Of a DNA stretch of 64,000 nt, positions 55,660-64,000 are shown in pieces. This DNA is from an uncultured Muribaculaceae bacterium (GTDB taxonomy: Bacteria; Bacillota_I; Bacilli_A; RF39; UBA660). The notes beneath the pieces were generated by a model. It had not been told where the DNA came from and made no database searches. It saw only the letters and a list, made by a program, of their open reading frames with translations. Position numbers and translations under genes: made by a program. The stretch covers positions 3,816-67,815 of the forward strand of contig CAZVUP010000001.1 of assembly GCA_964630365.1 (NCBI GenBank). The letters are read 5' to 3'. The stretch's first letter is position 1; each line of letters opens with the position of its first letter.

Positions 55660-56022
55660 TTATTTTACCTTCTCTTCAGAAAGTCCTTCTAAATGCAATA
55701 AAACATCTTCTAAATGCTTGGTCTCATATGCTAAAGAACGTCCATATTCATTTAATGCTACATATTGACGAACTAATGAATTATCTTGTATTAATTTTTT
55801 TGCTTCTTCTGCTATTTCAACAAAACTAGAAAAAGTATCATCCTCCGTATTTAAAACCATATCAATGCTCAATCCATTATAAATAAGATAAGTACTTATC
55901 TCTACATATCTTTTTAATGAACTATCATCTAGTTTTCTAAGATTTTCTAAATCACCAATTACACTAGACAATAAAGCATTTTTTTCTCTATAAACTCTTT
56001 TTACATTTTTATAATTATCCAT
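55660..56022 (-). CDS. Small helical cytoplasmic protein embedded in the paralog array
   Basis: 120 aa with no TM or signal peptide and helix-favouring composition. AGAGGGGA RBS. Its stop TAA is directly followed by the ATG of member 4. Confidence 0.45.
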   Translation of the reverse strand: MDNYKNVKRVYREKNALLSSVIGDLENLRKLDDSSLKRYVEISTYLIYNGLSIDMVLNTEDDTFSSFVEIAEEAKKLIQDNSLVRQYVALNEYGRSLAYETKHLEDVLLHLEGLSEEKVK

Positions 56023-56114
56023 TAAACATATCCCCTCTACTAGGTAATTAATAAAAAATAGAAATAGAATAAACTATATATAAAATATAACTACCCCTCT
56101 TTTTATTGCTAGCT

Positions 56115-56143
56115 ATAATATCATATTTTCTTAAAAAAGTAAA
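56115..56143 (-). promoter_or_regulatory. Candidate internal promoter in the only sizeable gap of the array
   Basis: TTTACT, 17 nt, (TGa)TATTAT on the minus strand within the 143-nt gap. Confidence 0.3.
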
Positions 56144-56165
56144 GAAAAACAGAAACTAATCTAAA

Positions 56166-56978
56166 TTAATTTCTGCCATTTTTATGATAGACATAAACTT
56201 TTTCATCATCTTTTTTTATAGACCCCTTATATTCTTCAATATATGCTACTTCTTCATATGGAGAAGCATATACTGCAATCATTCCTTCATCAGTTAACAC
56301 TTTAGACAAAATATTTTCCAAAAAGGAATTAAATTCCAACATTTCATCACCACGTAACCAATTATAAATATTTGATAAAAATACCGCATCATACCTACTA
56401 TCAGGAGGTGTTTTATCTAAAACAGTATGTAATGTACTTAGATAATAATTAATCTTTACCCTCTCAAGATTATTTTTAGTCTTTTCATAATTTTCATCAA
56501 ATGCATAATATCCTTTAGAATTTTCTACTAAAAAGCCTCTATCAACTAAATAATCTATATACTCTTCACAATTCTTACTAGAATATAAAGCATCAAAAAA
56601 GATTCTTACATCTAAATCTAAATATTTTCGAACTTTTCTATAATAACTCATATTCTCAAAATCTTTATAATACTCACTAAATTCCCACTGATCTAATGCT
56701 TTAACAGCAGCAACTTTAAGCTTAGCAAAATATAAAGCAATCTTATTTTTATCAAAAGCATCTATTTCTCTCGCACCATTACAAACAGCTTGTAATATAT
56801 GATCACCTGATGCAGCTACAGTCAATACCCTACCACCTTCTATTGGAAAAACTTTATAGTATTGTCCTAAAGGCTCATTGGTATTCAAAAATGCTGTGGT
56901 ATACTCTTCAGGTACAGGAATACCATTCAAATATGCATACGTCAATAAAACATCTTTATAAGCTCCTGCTATTTTCAT
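56166..56978 (-). CDS. DUF3419/BtaA-like SAM-fold protein, array member 3
   Basis: Start MKIAGAYKD (ATG 56978, GAGGTGA upstream), overlapping member 2 by 23 nt. FLNTNE, VLTVAASGDHILQAVCNGAREIDAFDKNK, KLKVAAVK, AVFLSNIYNW, IAVYASP. Confidence 0.6.
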   Translation of the reverse strand: MKIAGAYKDVLLTYAYLNGIPVPEEYTTAFLNTNEPLGQYYKVFPIEGGRVLTVAASGDHILQAVCNGAREIDAFDKNKIALYFAKLKVAAVKALDQWEFSEYYKDFENMSYYRKVRKYLDLDVRIFFDALYSSKNCEEYIDYLVDRGFLVENSKGYYAFDENYEKTKNNLERVKINYYLSTLHTVLDKTPPDSRYDAVFLSNIYNWLRGDEMLEFNSFLENILSKVLTDEGMIAVYASPYEEVAYIEEYKGSIKKDDEKVYVYHKNGRN

Positions 56979-57795
56979 TATTATCACCTCTTCGATACAC
57001 ATAAATTTTTCCCCTATCAAAATGCTTTTGATTTTTATAATTAGCAAAAGTTAAATTCGCCTCAGCAACAGGAGCATAAGCAACAATAACCCCATCATCT
57101 GTTAGATGCTTACTACACTCTTCACTTATAAATCTATAAAATCTTTTTCTTTTAAGAAAAGATAAATGATCATATATATTTGATAAAAATATCGCATCAT
57201 ATAATTCGTCATCAGAAAGATTATCAACAAATGCATGCAAATCAGAATGATCATAACTAATTAAAGCTGAATCTAACTTAGATCTAGTATCATCATATCT
57301 ATCAGGACTACAATATGAGTCTAGACCATCATCACTAAATCTATAATAATTAATTATATTATCATAAAACTTATCAAGCCAACCTCTAACATACATTGTA
57401 TCCCAAAAAACTAAGACATCATCATCTAAATAATCTCTAATTTTACTATATATTTGTTTATTTAAAAATTTCTCATCATTCCAATCAAAAAAACTAATAA
57501 AATCTTCTCTTGAAAGCGCTTTAATAGCGGTTATTTTTAATTTGGCAAAATATAATTGAAATTTATTCTTATCAAATGTATCAATTCTTTTAGCACCATT
57601 AGAAACAGCTTGCAATATATGATCACCACTAGATGTCACAGTAAGAACTTTCCTACCCTCTAAAGGAATATATTTATAGTATCCTGAAACAAATTCATTT
57701 GTAGAAATATATATATAGTTATAATCACTAGGAAAATGCTCATTCCCATGCAAGATAGCTACTCCAACACTTATATCATAGTCTAAACTACTCAT
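56956..57795 (-). CDS. DUF3419/BtaA-like SAM-fold protein, array member 2
   Basis: YISTNE, VLTVTSSGDHILQAVSNGAKRIDTFDKNKF, KLKITAIK, FWDTMY, AIFLSNIYDH, IVAYAP. Confidence 0.6.
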   Translation of the reverse strand: MSSLDYDISVGVAILHGNEHFPSDYNYIYISTNEFVSGYYKYIPLEGRKVLTVTSSGDHILQAVSNGAKRIDTFDKNKFQLYFAKLKITAIKALSREDFISFFDWNDEKFLNKQIYSKIRDYLDDDVLVFWDTMYVRGWLDKFYDNIINYYRFSDDGLDSYCSPDRYDDTRSKLDSALISYDHSDLHAFVDNLSDDELYDAIFLSNIYDHLSFLKRKRFYRFISEECSKHLTDDGVIVAYAPVAEANLTFANYKNQKHFDRGKIYVYRRGDNNENSRSL

Positions 57796-57815
57796 AATAC
57801 CACACCAATCTAAAT

Positions 57816-58625
57816 TTATTTATCTTTTTTATACACATATACTTTTTGATAAGAATCTATTATTCCTTCATAAGGTACTATTTCAGGATTAGTTACATAA
57901 GGAGGTGCATATACCGCAATAGCCCCCTCAGAAGATAATCTCTCAGCTAGATTTTTATTAATACATCTATTAAATTCCCTCTTAGCATCTAAACTTAAAT
58001 AATTAAAAATATTTGATAAGAATACACAACTATAATCAGCACTAGTATTTTTTTGTAAAAAATGATTAAGTGATGCATGATAAAAATTCATATCTACAGA
58101 TTCTAACCTTTTTCTAGTTAAATAATAGTTATCTGGAATAGAATAAGCAAAATCAGTAACATCAAATTGAAATTCCGAAAAAAATAATTGTTTCGCAACA
58201 GAACGAAAACTAACTAATTTTTCATAAAGTGCATCCCAAAATAGTTTTGTCTCATCATCTAAATACAAACGAATTTTATGATATAAATCAGTATCAAAAA
58301 AAGTAATTTCATCATAAAAAAAACTTTGAAATTCATAACAAGACAAAACTTTAATTGCCGCTATTTTTAATTTTGAAACATATAGTGCAAATTTATTTCT
58401 ATCAAAAGCATCTATTTTACTAGCCCCTTTACAAACAGCTTGTAATATTTGATCTCCTCCGGAAGAAACAGTTAAAACTTTATTTCCCGCTATAGGAAAT
58501 TCATTATAATATAAAGATAGTTCTTCATTAGTATTTACAAAAACATGTCCATAACTTCTTGGAATAGGCCTAATATCTGTTAAAACTCCTAAAGCAACCA
58601 TAATATCTTTTTCTACTCGACTCAC
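57816..58625 (-). CDS. DUF3419/BtaA-like SAM-fold protein, array member 1
   Basis: GTG start with GAGGTG 5-6 nt upstream. FVNTNE, VLTVSSGGDQILQAVCKGASKIDAFDRNKF, KLKIAAIK, FWDALY, CVFLSNIFNY, IAVYAPP. Confidence 0.6.
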   Translation of the reverse strand: MSRVEKDIMVALGVLTDIRPIPRSYGHVFVNTNEELSLYYNEFPIAGNKVLTVSSGGDQILQAVCKGASKIDAFDRNKFALYVSKLKIAAIKVLSCYEFQSFFYDEITFFDTDLYHKIRLYLDDETKLFWDALYEKLVSFRSVAKQLFFSEFQFDVTDFAYSIPDNYYLTRKRLESVDMNFYHASLNHFLQKNTSADYSCVFLSNIFNYLSLDAKREFNRCINKNLAERLSSEGAIAVYAPPYVTNPEIVPYEGIIDSYQKVYVYKKDK

Positions 58626-58682
58626 ATTAACACCTCTAGTTGAAAACGATTTATAGCTATAATAACATTTTTATTAAAATAA

Positions 58683-58716
58683 GCCAATAGAAACTAGCAA
58701 AAGTTAGTCTATTGGC
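58683..58716 (-). terminator. Terminator overlapping the stop of the S11 carboxypeptidase gene
   Basis: GCCAATAGA/TCTATTGGC stem (extendable) followed by U-rich sequence. It separates that gene from the paralog array. Confidence 0.55.
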
Positions 58717-59848
58717 CATTTAAAAGTGACTTTAAAGATTGTTTGTATAAATCTATTATTCCTGCTTTTGAAACAGATTTATCTACTGTTAGAGGAACAC
58801 TTTTAACCTTTTTACCATCAGAATATATAATAATTTTACCAACTACATCTCCTACTTTTATTGGCGCACTTATTTCTTTTCTTACATCAATATCATAAGT
58901 ATATTTATTACTTTTATCACCATCATCTAAAACATTTACATCTTCAATCAGTTTTAATTTGACCATATCTTCCTTACCACTAATTACTTTAATTTTACCA
59001 ATATCAGAATTTTTCTTTAATATATTCTTAATTTTATAGTTTTGAAACCCATAATCAAGTAAAGACATCGCTTCACTATTCCTAATTTTACTACTTTCTT
59101 CTTTCATAAGAATACCAATTAAACGAAGTCCATTTCTTTTGGCCGTAACTGCCATACAATAACCCGCATCATCAGTATGACCTGTTTTTAATCCATCAAC
59201 TCCATCATATAAATTAATAAGCTTATTAGTATTAACTAACCAAAATTTTCGATCAGTATCTTTTCGTAAATAATCTTCATGAATAGAAGAAAATCTCAAA
59301 ATATCTGGATGATTAATAATTAATTCTCTAGCAATCATAGCCATATCATAACTTGTAGAAAAATGACCATCTTCATCAAGCCCTGTACAATTCTTAAAAT
59401 GTGTATTTTTAAGACCCAACTCTTTTACTTTATCATTCATTCTTTTAACAAACTTTTTCTCATTACCACTAATATATTCAGCCATAGCTACAGTTGCATC
59501 ATTACCACTAGCAACAGAAATACCTTTCATCAAATCTTCAACACTCATCTCTTCACCAGTTTCCAAATAAATTTGCGATCCACCCATATCACTAGCATTC
59601 TTACTAACAGTAACCATATCAGTCCACTTAATATTACCTGATTCAATTTCTTCTAAAATTATTATTTGTGCCACCATCTTAGTCATAGAAGCAACACTTA
59701 CTTTTAAATTTTTCTCTTTTTCAAACAATACTTTTCCACTATCAGCATCAATTAAAATTCCACTCCCAGCCTTATTAAGCAACTCTTCTTCTGCAAAAAC
59801 ACTAATAGGAAAAAGAAATAAACTAAGTATTAACAATATTTTTTTCAT
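58709..59848 (-). CDS. D-alanyl-D-alanine carboxypeptidase (S11, PBP5-like)
   Basis: Signal peptide. SMTKM (SxxK), SGND (SxN), KTGHT (KTG). C-terminal beta domain. Confidence 0.85.
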   Translation of the reverse strand: MKKILLILSLFLFPISVFAEEELLNKAGSGILIDADSGKVLFEKEKNLKVSVASMTKMVAQIIILEEIESGNIKWTDMVTVSKNASDMGGSQIYLETGEEMSVEDLMKGISVASGNDATVAMAEYISGNEKKFVKRMNDKVKELGLKNTHFKNCTGLDEDGHFSTSYDMAMIARELIINHPDILRFSSIHEDYLRKDTDRKFWLVNTNKLINLYDGVDGLKTGHTDDAGYCMAVTAKRNGLRLIGILMKEESSKIRNSEAMSLLDYGFQNYKIKNILKKNSDIGKIKVISGKEDMVKLKLIEDVNVLDDGDKSNKYTYDIDVRKEISAPIKVGDVVGKIIIYSDGKKVKSVPLTVDKSVSKAGIIDLYKQSLKSLLNGQ

Positions 59849-59878
59849 ATAATCCTCCTACAATTTTCTATGTAAAAT

Positions 59879-59895
59879 ATGAATAATTTATTCAT
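59879..59895. promoter_or_regulatory. 17-bp perfect palindrome in the divergent intergenic region
   Basis: ATGAATAAtTTATTCAT between the divergently transcribed S11 and M15 peptidase genes. Confidence 0.3.
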
Positions 59896-59939
59896 AAAAT
59901 AATTTTTTAATGCTATTATATAATTAGGAGATATGATAT

Positions 59940-60836
59940 ATGAGTAAGAAAAAAAAGAAAAAAATAAAACTCAAAAAGAAAAACATTATTATTTTTCTAA
60001 TATGCCTATTTTTAATTATCTTTATCCCCATAAAGACAATAAATTTAATATCTAAATCAATTTCAAACCATAAAGTAAAGCTTAAAGAACAAGAACAAGC
60101 AAAGAAAAAACACAATAATGGAATAAATAAAAATATTAGTTATTATAATAAAAACTATTTATCACGTTATTTGAAATATAAAAAAGAAAATAAAAACTTA
60201 TCAGATGAACAAATAATAAAAAATGTAAACATGAATTTAGACTTAAAACAATATGAGGATACAATAAAAGCTAAAAACTTAAACACGGAAAAAGTATTAG
60301 TAAATAAATATTACTATTTAGAAGAAGATTATGTTCCAGATAACTTAGAAGAAATTAATAAACAATACGCCTTAAATGGCATGAAATTAGTAGATGTCGC
60401 TAAAGAAGCTTTTGAGGATATGGCTAAAGATGCTAAAAAGGAAGATTTAACAATAGTAGCTATGTCTTCATACCGTAGTTATGATTATCAAGTTGATCTA
60501 TATAATCGTTATGCTAAAAAAGATGGTACAGAAGCAGCAGATACGTATTCTGGTAGACCAGGACATTCTGAACATCAAACCGGCTTAGCAGTCGATGTAT
60601 ATAACGAAGAAAAAGATTATACTAATTTTGAAAAAACAGATGAATATGAATGGATGATAAAACATGCTCATGAATATGGTTTTATACTGAGATTTCCTAA
60701 AGATAAAGAAAAAGAAACTGGCTATCACTTTGAATCTTGGCATTATCGTTATGTCGGTCAAGAAATAGCAAAATATATAAAAGAACATAATATTTCATTT
60801 GAAGAATATTATGCCACTAAAATAAAAGATTGGTAA
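59940..60836 (+). CDS. M15B (VanY-like) D,D-carboxypeptidase, membrane anchored
   Basis: N-terminal TM. SSYRSYDYQ, RPGHSEHQTGLAVD, ESWHYRYVG metal/catalytic motifs. Confidence 0.8.
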   Translation: MSKKKKKKIKLKKKNIIIFLICLFLIIFIPIKTINLISKSISNHKVKLKEQEQAKKKHNNGINKNISYYNKNYLSRYLKYKKENKNLSDEQIIKNVNMNLDLKQYEDTIKAKNLNTEKVLVNKYYYLEEDYVPDNLEEINKQYALNGMKLVDVAKEAFEDMAKDAKKEDLTIVAMSSYRSYDYQVDLYNRYAKKDGTEAADTYSGRPGHSEHQTGLAVDVYNEEKDYTNFEKTDEYEWMIKHAHEYGFILRFPKDKEKETGYHFESWHYRYVGQEIAKYIKEHNISFEEYYATKIKDW

Positions 60837-60878
60837 CAATCTTTTTTTATGATAAAATTATAATAGAAAGGAGAATAT

Positions 60879-61646
60879 ATGGAAAAAGAAAAGAAAAATG
60901 GTGGTAAATTCTTACTTGGAATCGTCTTAGGTTTATTAGTAGGTGCTTGCTGTAGTTTTGGATATTTTAAATTTGTAAATCCCCAAATAGTTGAAACTAC
61001 TAAAACAAGTAGCGATAAAGAAGAAAAAAAGGAAAATGCTACTAAAGAATGTCCAAAAGTCTATGATTCATATGATGAAGTAGCCATATCAAACATTGAA
61101 AAGTTTATGCATGCTGATGGATACTTTTGTGGAACACAAGATAGTTTCTTTAAAGATACAAAAGTAACTGCTGCTGATATTTCAAATTCACAAGCTTATT
61201 TAACTGTAGCTCAAAAATACTATGAAAATAAAGAAACAATCTCAAAAGAACAAATAGAATCTGATATAGCTGCATTATTTGGCAAAGATTACAAATATGC
61301 AGGTAGTGATGATTTTGGACCTGGAAAAATATGTACATCCCACTATTATGATAGTGCAACTGGTAACTATCCATATCAAGAAACTGCTTGTGGTGGTACA
61401 TGTGGACCAAGTAATCCAAAATACTACATTTCAAAAGCAGTACTTGATGACGGAATTTTGACAATAAATTTAAAAGTCTTATTCCAAGATGGTGATGAAG
61501 GTGTTTATTTTTCAGATCCAGCAAAAACACAAAAAATAAACGAATATTCTGAAATGAAAATAATTCAAAAAGGAAAATCATATCGTTTTACATTAAAAGA
61601 AGAAAATGGAAATTATGTGTTCGTATCAAGTGAACCTATAAACTAA
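60879..61646 (+). CDS. Hypothetical membrane-anchored protein
   Basis: AGGAG RBS, one N-terminal TM, Cys-containing ectodomain, no recognised motif. Confidence 0.45.
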   Translation: MEKEKKNGGKFLLGIVLGLLVGACCSFGYFKFVNPQIVETTKTSSDKEEKKENATKECPKVYDSYDEVAISNIEKFMHADGYFCGTQDSFFKDTKVTAADISNSQAYLTVAQKYYENKETISKEQIESDIAALFGKDYKYAGSDDFGPGKICTSHYYDSATGNYPYQETACGGTCGPSNPKYYISKAVLDDGILTINLKVLFQDGDEGVYFSDPAKTQKINEYSEMKIIQKGKSYRFTLKEENGNYVFVSSEPIN

Positions 61647-61672
61647 AAAAGACTGAAAATTCAGTCTTTTTT
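61645..61672. terminator. Bidirectional terminator between convergent genes
   Basis: AAAAGACTGA/TCAGTCTTTT hairpin with A/T runs on both sides. Confidence 0.6.
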
Positions 61673-62243
61673 AATCATATTTTTTTTGAAAATATTTATA
61701 CAACCAATAAAACCCTGTAAACAATAACCATACAACTAATAAAAAGTTGCTTACTTGTACTAAAGATAATATTGTATCATTTTGATACAATACAGATGTA
61801 TTAACTAAATCAACTGCATCATAAGACGCTAAGGCTATAAATGACATAAAAAAGTAATATAAAATACTAAAGAATAAATAATTAATAATTTTTTTAACCT
61901 TAGATATCTTTTTACTAAATAAAGTCCATAATATCATCACAGTTACAAAGATAATAATAAAGAAATAAACAATAGTTGATGGAAAATAAATATAATTCAT
62001 AACAGCCTTTGTAAAGGAATGAAAACAAGTTTTAACATAAGTACTATAACTAATAAGTATTCCTATAATAAAACCAATATATACTCCAATACCTATCATT
62101 TGAACCATCTTATTATCACGTTTCAAATTTACAACTAAAATCAAAAATAAAAGAAGGCTAAGTAGAAGTGTCTCTATAGATAAATAGGAAGAGCAAATAT
62201 ACTTAAATATCACTCGTAATCTTCCTATTAAAGACAAATTCAT
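61671..62243 (-). CDS. Polytopic membrane protein (unknown function) downstream of the sortase
   Basis: About 5 hydrophobic segments. Starts 12 nt after the sortase stop. Confidence 0.4.
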   Translation of the reverse strand: MNLSLIGRLRVIFKYICSSYLSIETLLLSLLLFLILVVNLKRDNKMVQMIGIGVYIGFIIGILISYSTYVKTCFHSFTKAVMNYIYFPSTIVYFFIIIFVTVMILWTLFSKKISKVKKIINYLFFSILYYFFMSFIALASYDAVDLVNTSVLYQNDTILSLVQVSNFLLVVWLLFTGFYWLYKYFQKKYD

Positions 62244-62255
62244 ATTATCACCTTC

Positions 62256-62927
62256 CTAGCCAACAAGTTCAGAAATATATACAGTCTGTGTATAATCATT
62301 ATTCTTTGTACATGTAATCATTGTTAATGTAGTTCTATCATAATTCCTTACAATTCTAACAATTCCAGTTTTTGGTACTTCATAAATATTAACTATTTGA
62401 TATTGGTATCTAACTCCACCATAAGTTACATATGCATAATCACCAACATTTAAGCGATAAAGATACGCAAAATATGATATATAAGCATCTCCAGAATGTG
62501 CCATTAAAATTAAATTTCCATTAACAACATCCGGAAGGCTTGATCCACCTACCATAGTAACATTATATTGAATATTATTATATTTCGAACCGACGTTATA
62601 AAATCCCCTTTTTAACCCTATTTTTGGTATTTCCAAGACTCCTAAGTATTTACTATAATCTATTGGTCTTGGAGCTGCTTGTGGTTCTTCAGGACTAACC
62701 TCCACATTATTAGCTATGGGTGTATCAGAAACCAAGCCAGTATCTTCTGTATCATCTGTAACATCCATCATAGCAATTCGCATATCAGAATAGATTTCAT
62801 CTTTTGTTTTGATTAAATAGTTCCATGACAAAAATACAATTCCCAAAAATATAAGTAAAGAGCCAAGCATTAATGTATGGCTCTTTTTAATCTTACTGCT
62901 TAATTTCAACAGGTTTTGCATTAGCAT
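62256..62927 (-). CDS. Sortase-family transpeptidase
   Basis: N-terminal TM. LILMAHSG (His) and TLTMITCT (TLxTC Cys). No Arg in the 17 residues after the Cys. The start is uncertain because the ORF overlaps the upstream gene. Confidence 0.7.
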   Translation of the reverse strand: MLMQNLLKLSSKIKKSHTLMLGSLLIFLGIVFLSWNYLIKTKDEIYSDMRIAMMDVTDDTEDTGLVSDTPIANNVEVSPEEPQAAPRPIDYSKYLGVLEIPKIGLKRGFYNVGSKYNNIQYNVTMVGGSSLPDVVNGNLILMAHSGDAYISYFAYLYRLNVGDYAYVTYGGVRYQYQIVNIYEVPKTGIVRIVRNYDRTTLTMITCTKNNDYTQTVYISELVG

Positions 62928-64000
62928 AAATAATTCCTACACCACATAACAATACTATTAATCCAATGAAATAAATTGTTTGTACTTTGTTCATTCCAGT
63001 ATCTGGAGCAGCAGCTACTTCTAATGTAGTACCATTACTAATACTTGTAGTATCACCAGTAACGGAAATAACTCTTTGCCATGATTTTCCATTTGAATCA
63101 GTTCCCTCAGTACCATAATAATGTCCAGTCAATGTATCAAAATTACCAGTTACACTAATTGTAAGTCTTTGAACTTCTTCTTTAACTTTTGACTTTGGTA
63201 CTCTAACATAGAACTTATTTATATTCTTACTAACATTTGAAGTATCAATATTATTACCATCTGCATCAACAACGTAAGCTCCTTCAATTCCATTTACAGA
63301 AATAGAATATCCTTTAAAATCGCTAACCAAATCATTTTCAATTATAACACTAATTTCTGGAGATTGATAAAAATCTTCACCCTTAGTAAATTCTGTACCA
63401 TTTGCTTCAACACTAATTACATTATTACCAATTGCTTTAGCATCTGCTACTAAATCTTTTACATATTTATTATATATATTTATACCTTCATCAGGTAACA
63501 CAATTGGAGAATCAGCATTATCAGTATATGAAGTAGCTAACTGTAGAGCTGTAGCAGCATCGCTACCTGGTGCAATTCCACCATTAGCACCCAAATACAT
63601 CCAAATTGCAACCTGAGTTATCCAAGCTTGCTCATAAACACTATCGCCATTATATGAATAAGGTTTTTCAACATTACCATATCCAACATTTAAAATATAT
63701 AAAAGACCAAAATCCTGAATTTCTTTTGGAGATCCACCAACTTTTTCTATTGTATAGGTTGGTTTGTTAAAACTGATTGGAGCTTCATGCTCAATACAAA
63801 AAATTGGGTTTGTTTCAGCTTCATCTGAAAAATAAAGCGGAATATATGCACTCTTGCCATTTACAACAGATCTAAATCCATGATCACTAGCATAAAATGT
63901 AAAAGACTCGCCAGTTGGTGAAGTAGGTGCCGCATAACTTATTTGGTTAATACCAAATGCTACAAGAGATACTATTGCAAATATAGCAACAGCAAAACTT
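62893..64000 (-). CDS. Thioester-domain (TED) surface adhesin with a sortase sorting signal, 5' end just beyond the window
   Basis: Hand translation of 63601-63999 extends the ORF: ...AIFAIVSLVAFG (signal peptide)...PIFCIEHE (Cys codon 63796-63798)...AWITQVAIW (TQxA(I/V)W Gln). C-terminus APDTG, hydrophobic stretch, NAKPVEIKQ. Confidence 0.7.
   Translation of the reverse strand, partial: SFAVAIFAIVSLVAFGINQISYAAPTSPTGESFTFYASDHGFRSVVNGKSAYIPLYFSDEAETNPIFCIEHEAPISFNKPTYTIEKVGGSPKEIQDFGLLYILNVGYGNVEKPYSYNGDSVYEQAWITQVAIWMYLGANGGIAPGSDAATALQLATSYTDNADSPIVLPDEGINIYNKYVKDLVADAKAIGNNVISVEANGTEFTKGEDFYQSPEISVIIENDLVSDFKGYSISVNGIEGAYVVDADGNNIDTSNVSKNINKFYVRVPKSKVKEEVQRLTISVTGNFDTLTGHYYGTEGTDSNGKSWQRVISVTGDTTSISNGTTLEVAAAPDTGMNKVQTIYFIGLIVLLCGVGIIYANAKPVEIKQ

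Noticed and set aside
55451-56804. A 32-nt identical stretch (gcaccattacaaacagcttgtaatatatgatc) shared by array members 3 and 4 as evidence of gene conversion
   Set aside because: It encodes the most conserved motif (GDHILQAVCNGA). Member 2 has the same stretch with two changes. Protein-level constraint plus strong AT codon bias is a sufficient explanation.
47068-58625. The Hint protein as a polymorphic toxin with the seven paralogs as its immunity array
   Set aside because: No small gene follows the Hint protein; a terminator comes directly after it. The paralog array lies upstream, is separately terminated, and its members carry an intact SAM-fold motif set rather than looking like immunity proteins. 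The idea cannot be fully excluded without fold analysis of the C-terminal 150 aa.

Overview
Very AT-rich chromosomal segment of a spore-forming Bacillota, coded almost entirely on the minus strand. Taxonomy is inference only: the synteny is Bacilli/Erysipelotrichia-like (priA-fmt-rlmN-prpC-prkC-rsgA-rpe; uppS-cdsA-rseP; miaB-ymcA-like-cotE; spoVS; sigF/G-like sigma followed by spoVAC). Positions 1-39.8 kb are mainly housekeeping and sporulation genes. They are interrupted by surface proteins (a BspA/DUF285-type LRR protein), a ydjGHI-like membrane-stress cluster, and a Ser T-box leader driving an M19 dipeptidase plus serS. Positions 39.8-64 kb form a cell-envelope accessory region with no mobility genes. 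It holds three notable parts. (1) Two tandem cassettes, each with a TasA/camelysin-like secreted protein, a SipW-type signal peptidase fused to a large polytopic membrane domain, and a bitopic DUF5305-like protein. Large cargo proteins share the same leader and N-terminal module; one carries a Hint autoprocessing domain. I consider this the best candidate for an undescribed surface-fibre/display system. (2) A separately terminated array of seven diverged paralogs of a DUF3419/BtaA-like SAM-fold protein, interrupted by one small helical protein. An eighth paralog lies 30 kb away. (3) Peptidoglycan carboxypeptidases (S11, M15/VanY-like), a sortase and a thioester-domain adhesin with a non-canonical sorting signal. 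I saw no rRNA, tRNA, CRISPR array, transposase or integrase. All family assignments rest on motif recognition from memory and need HMM or structure confirmation. Intergenic coordinates may be off by 1-2 nt.
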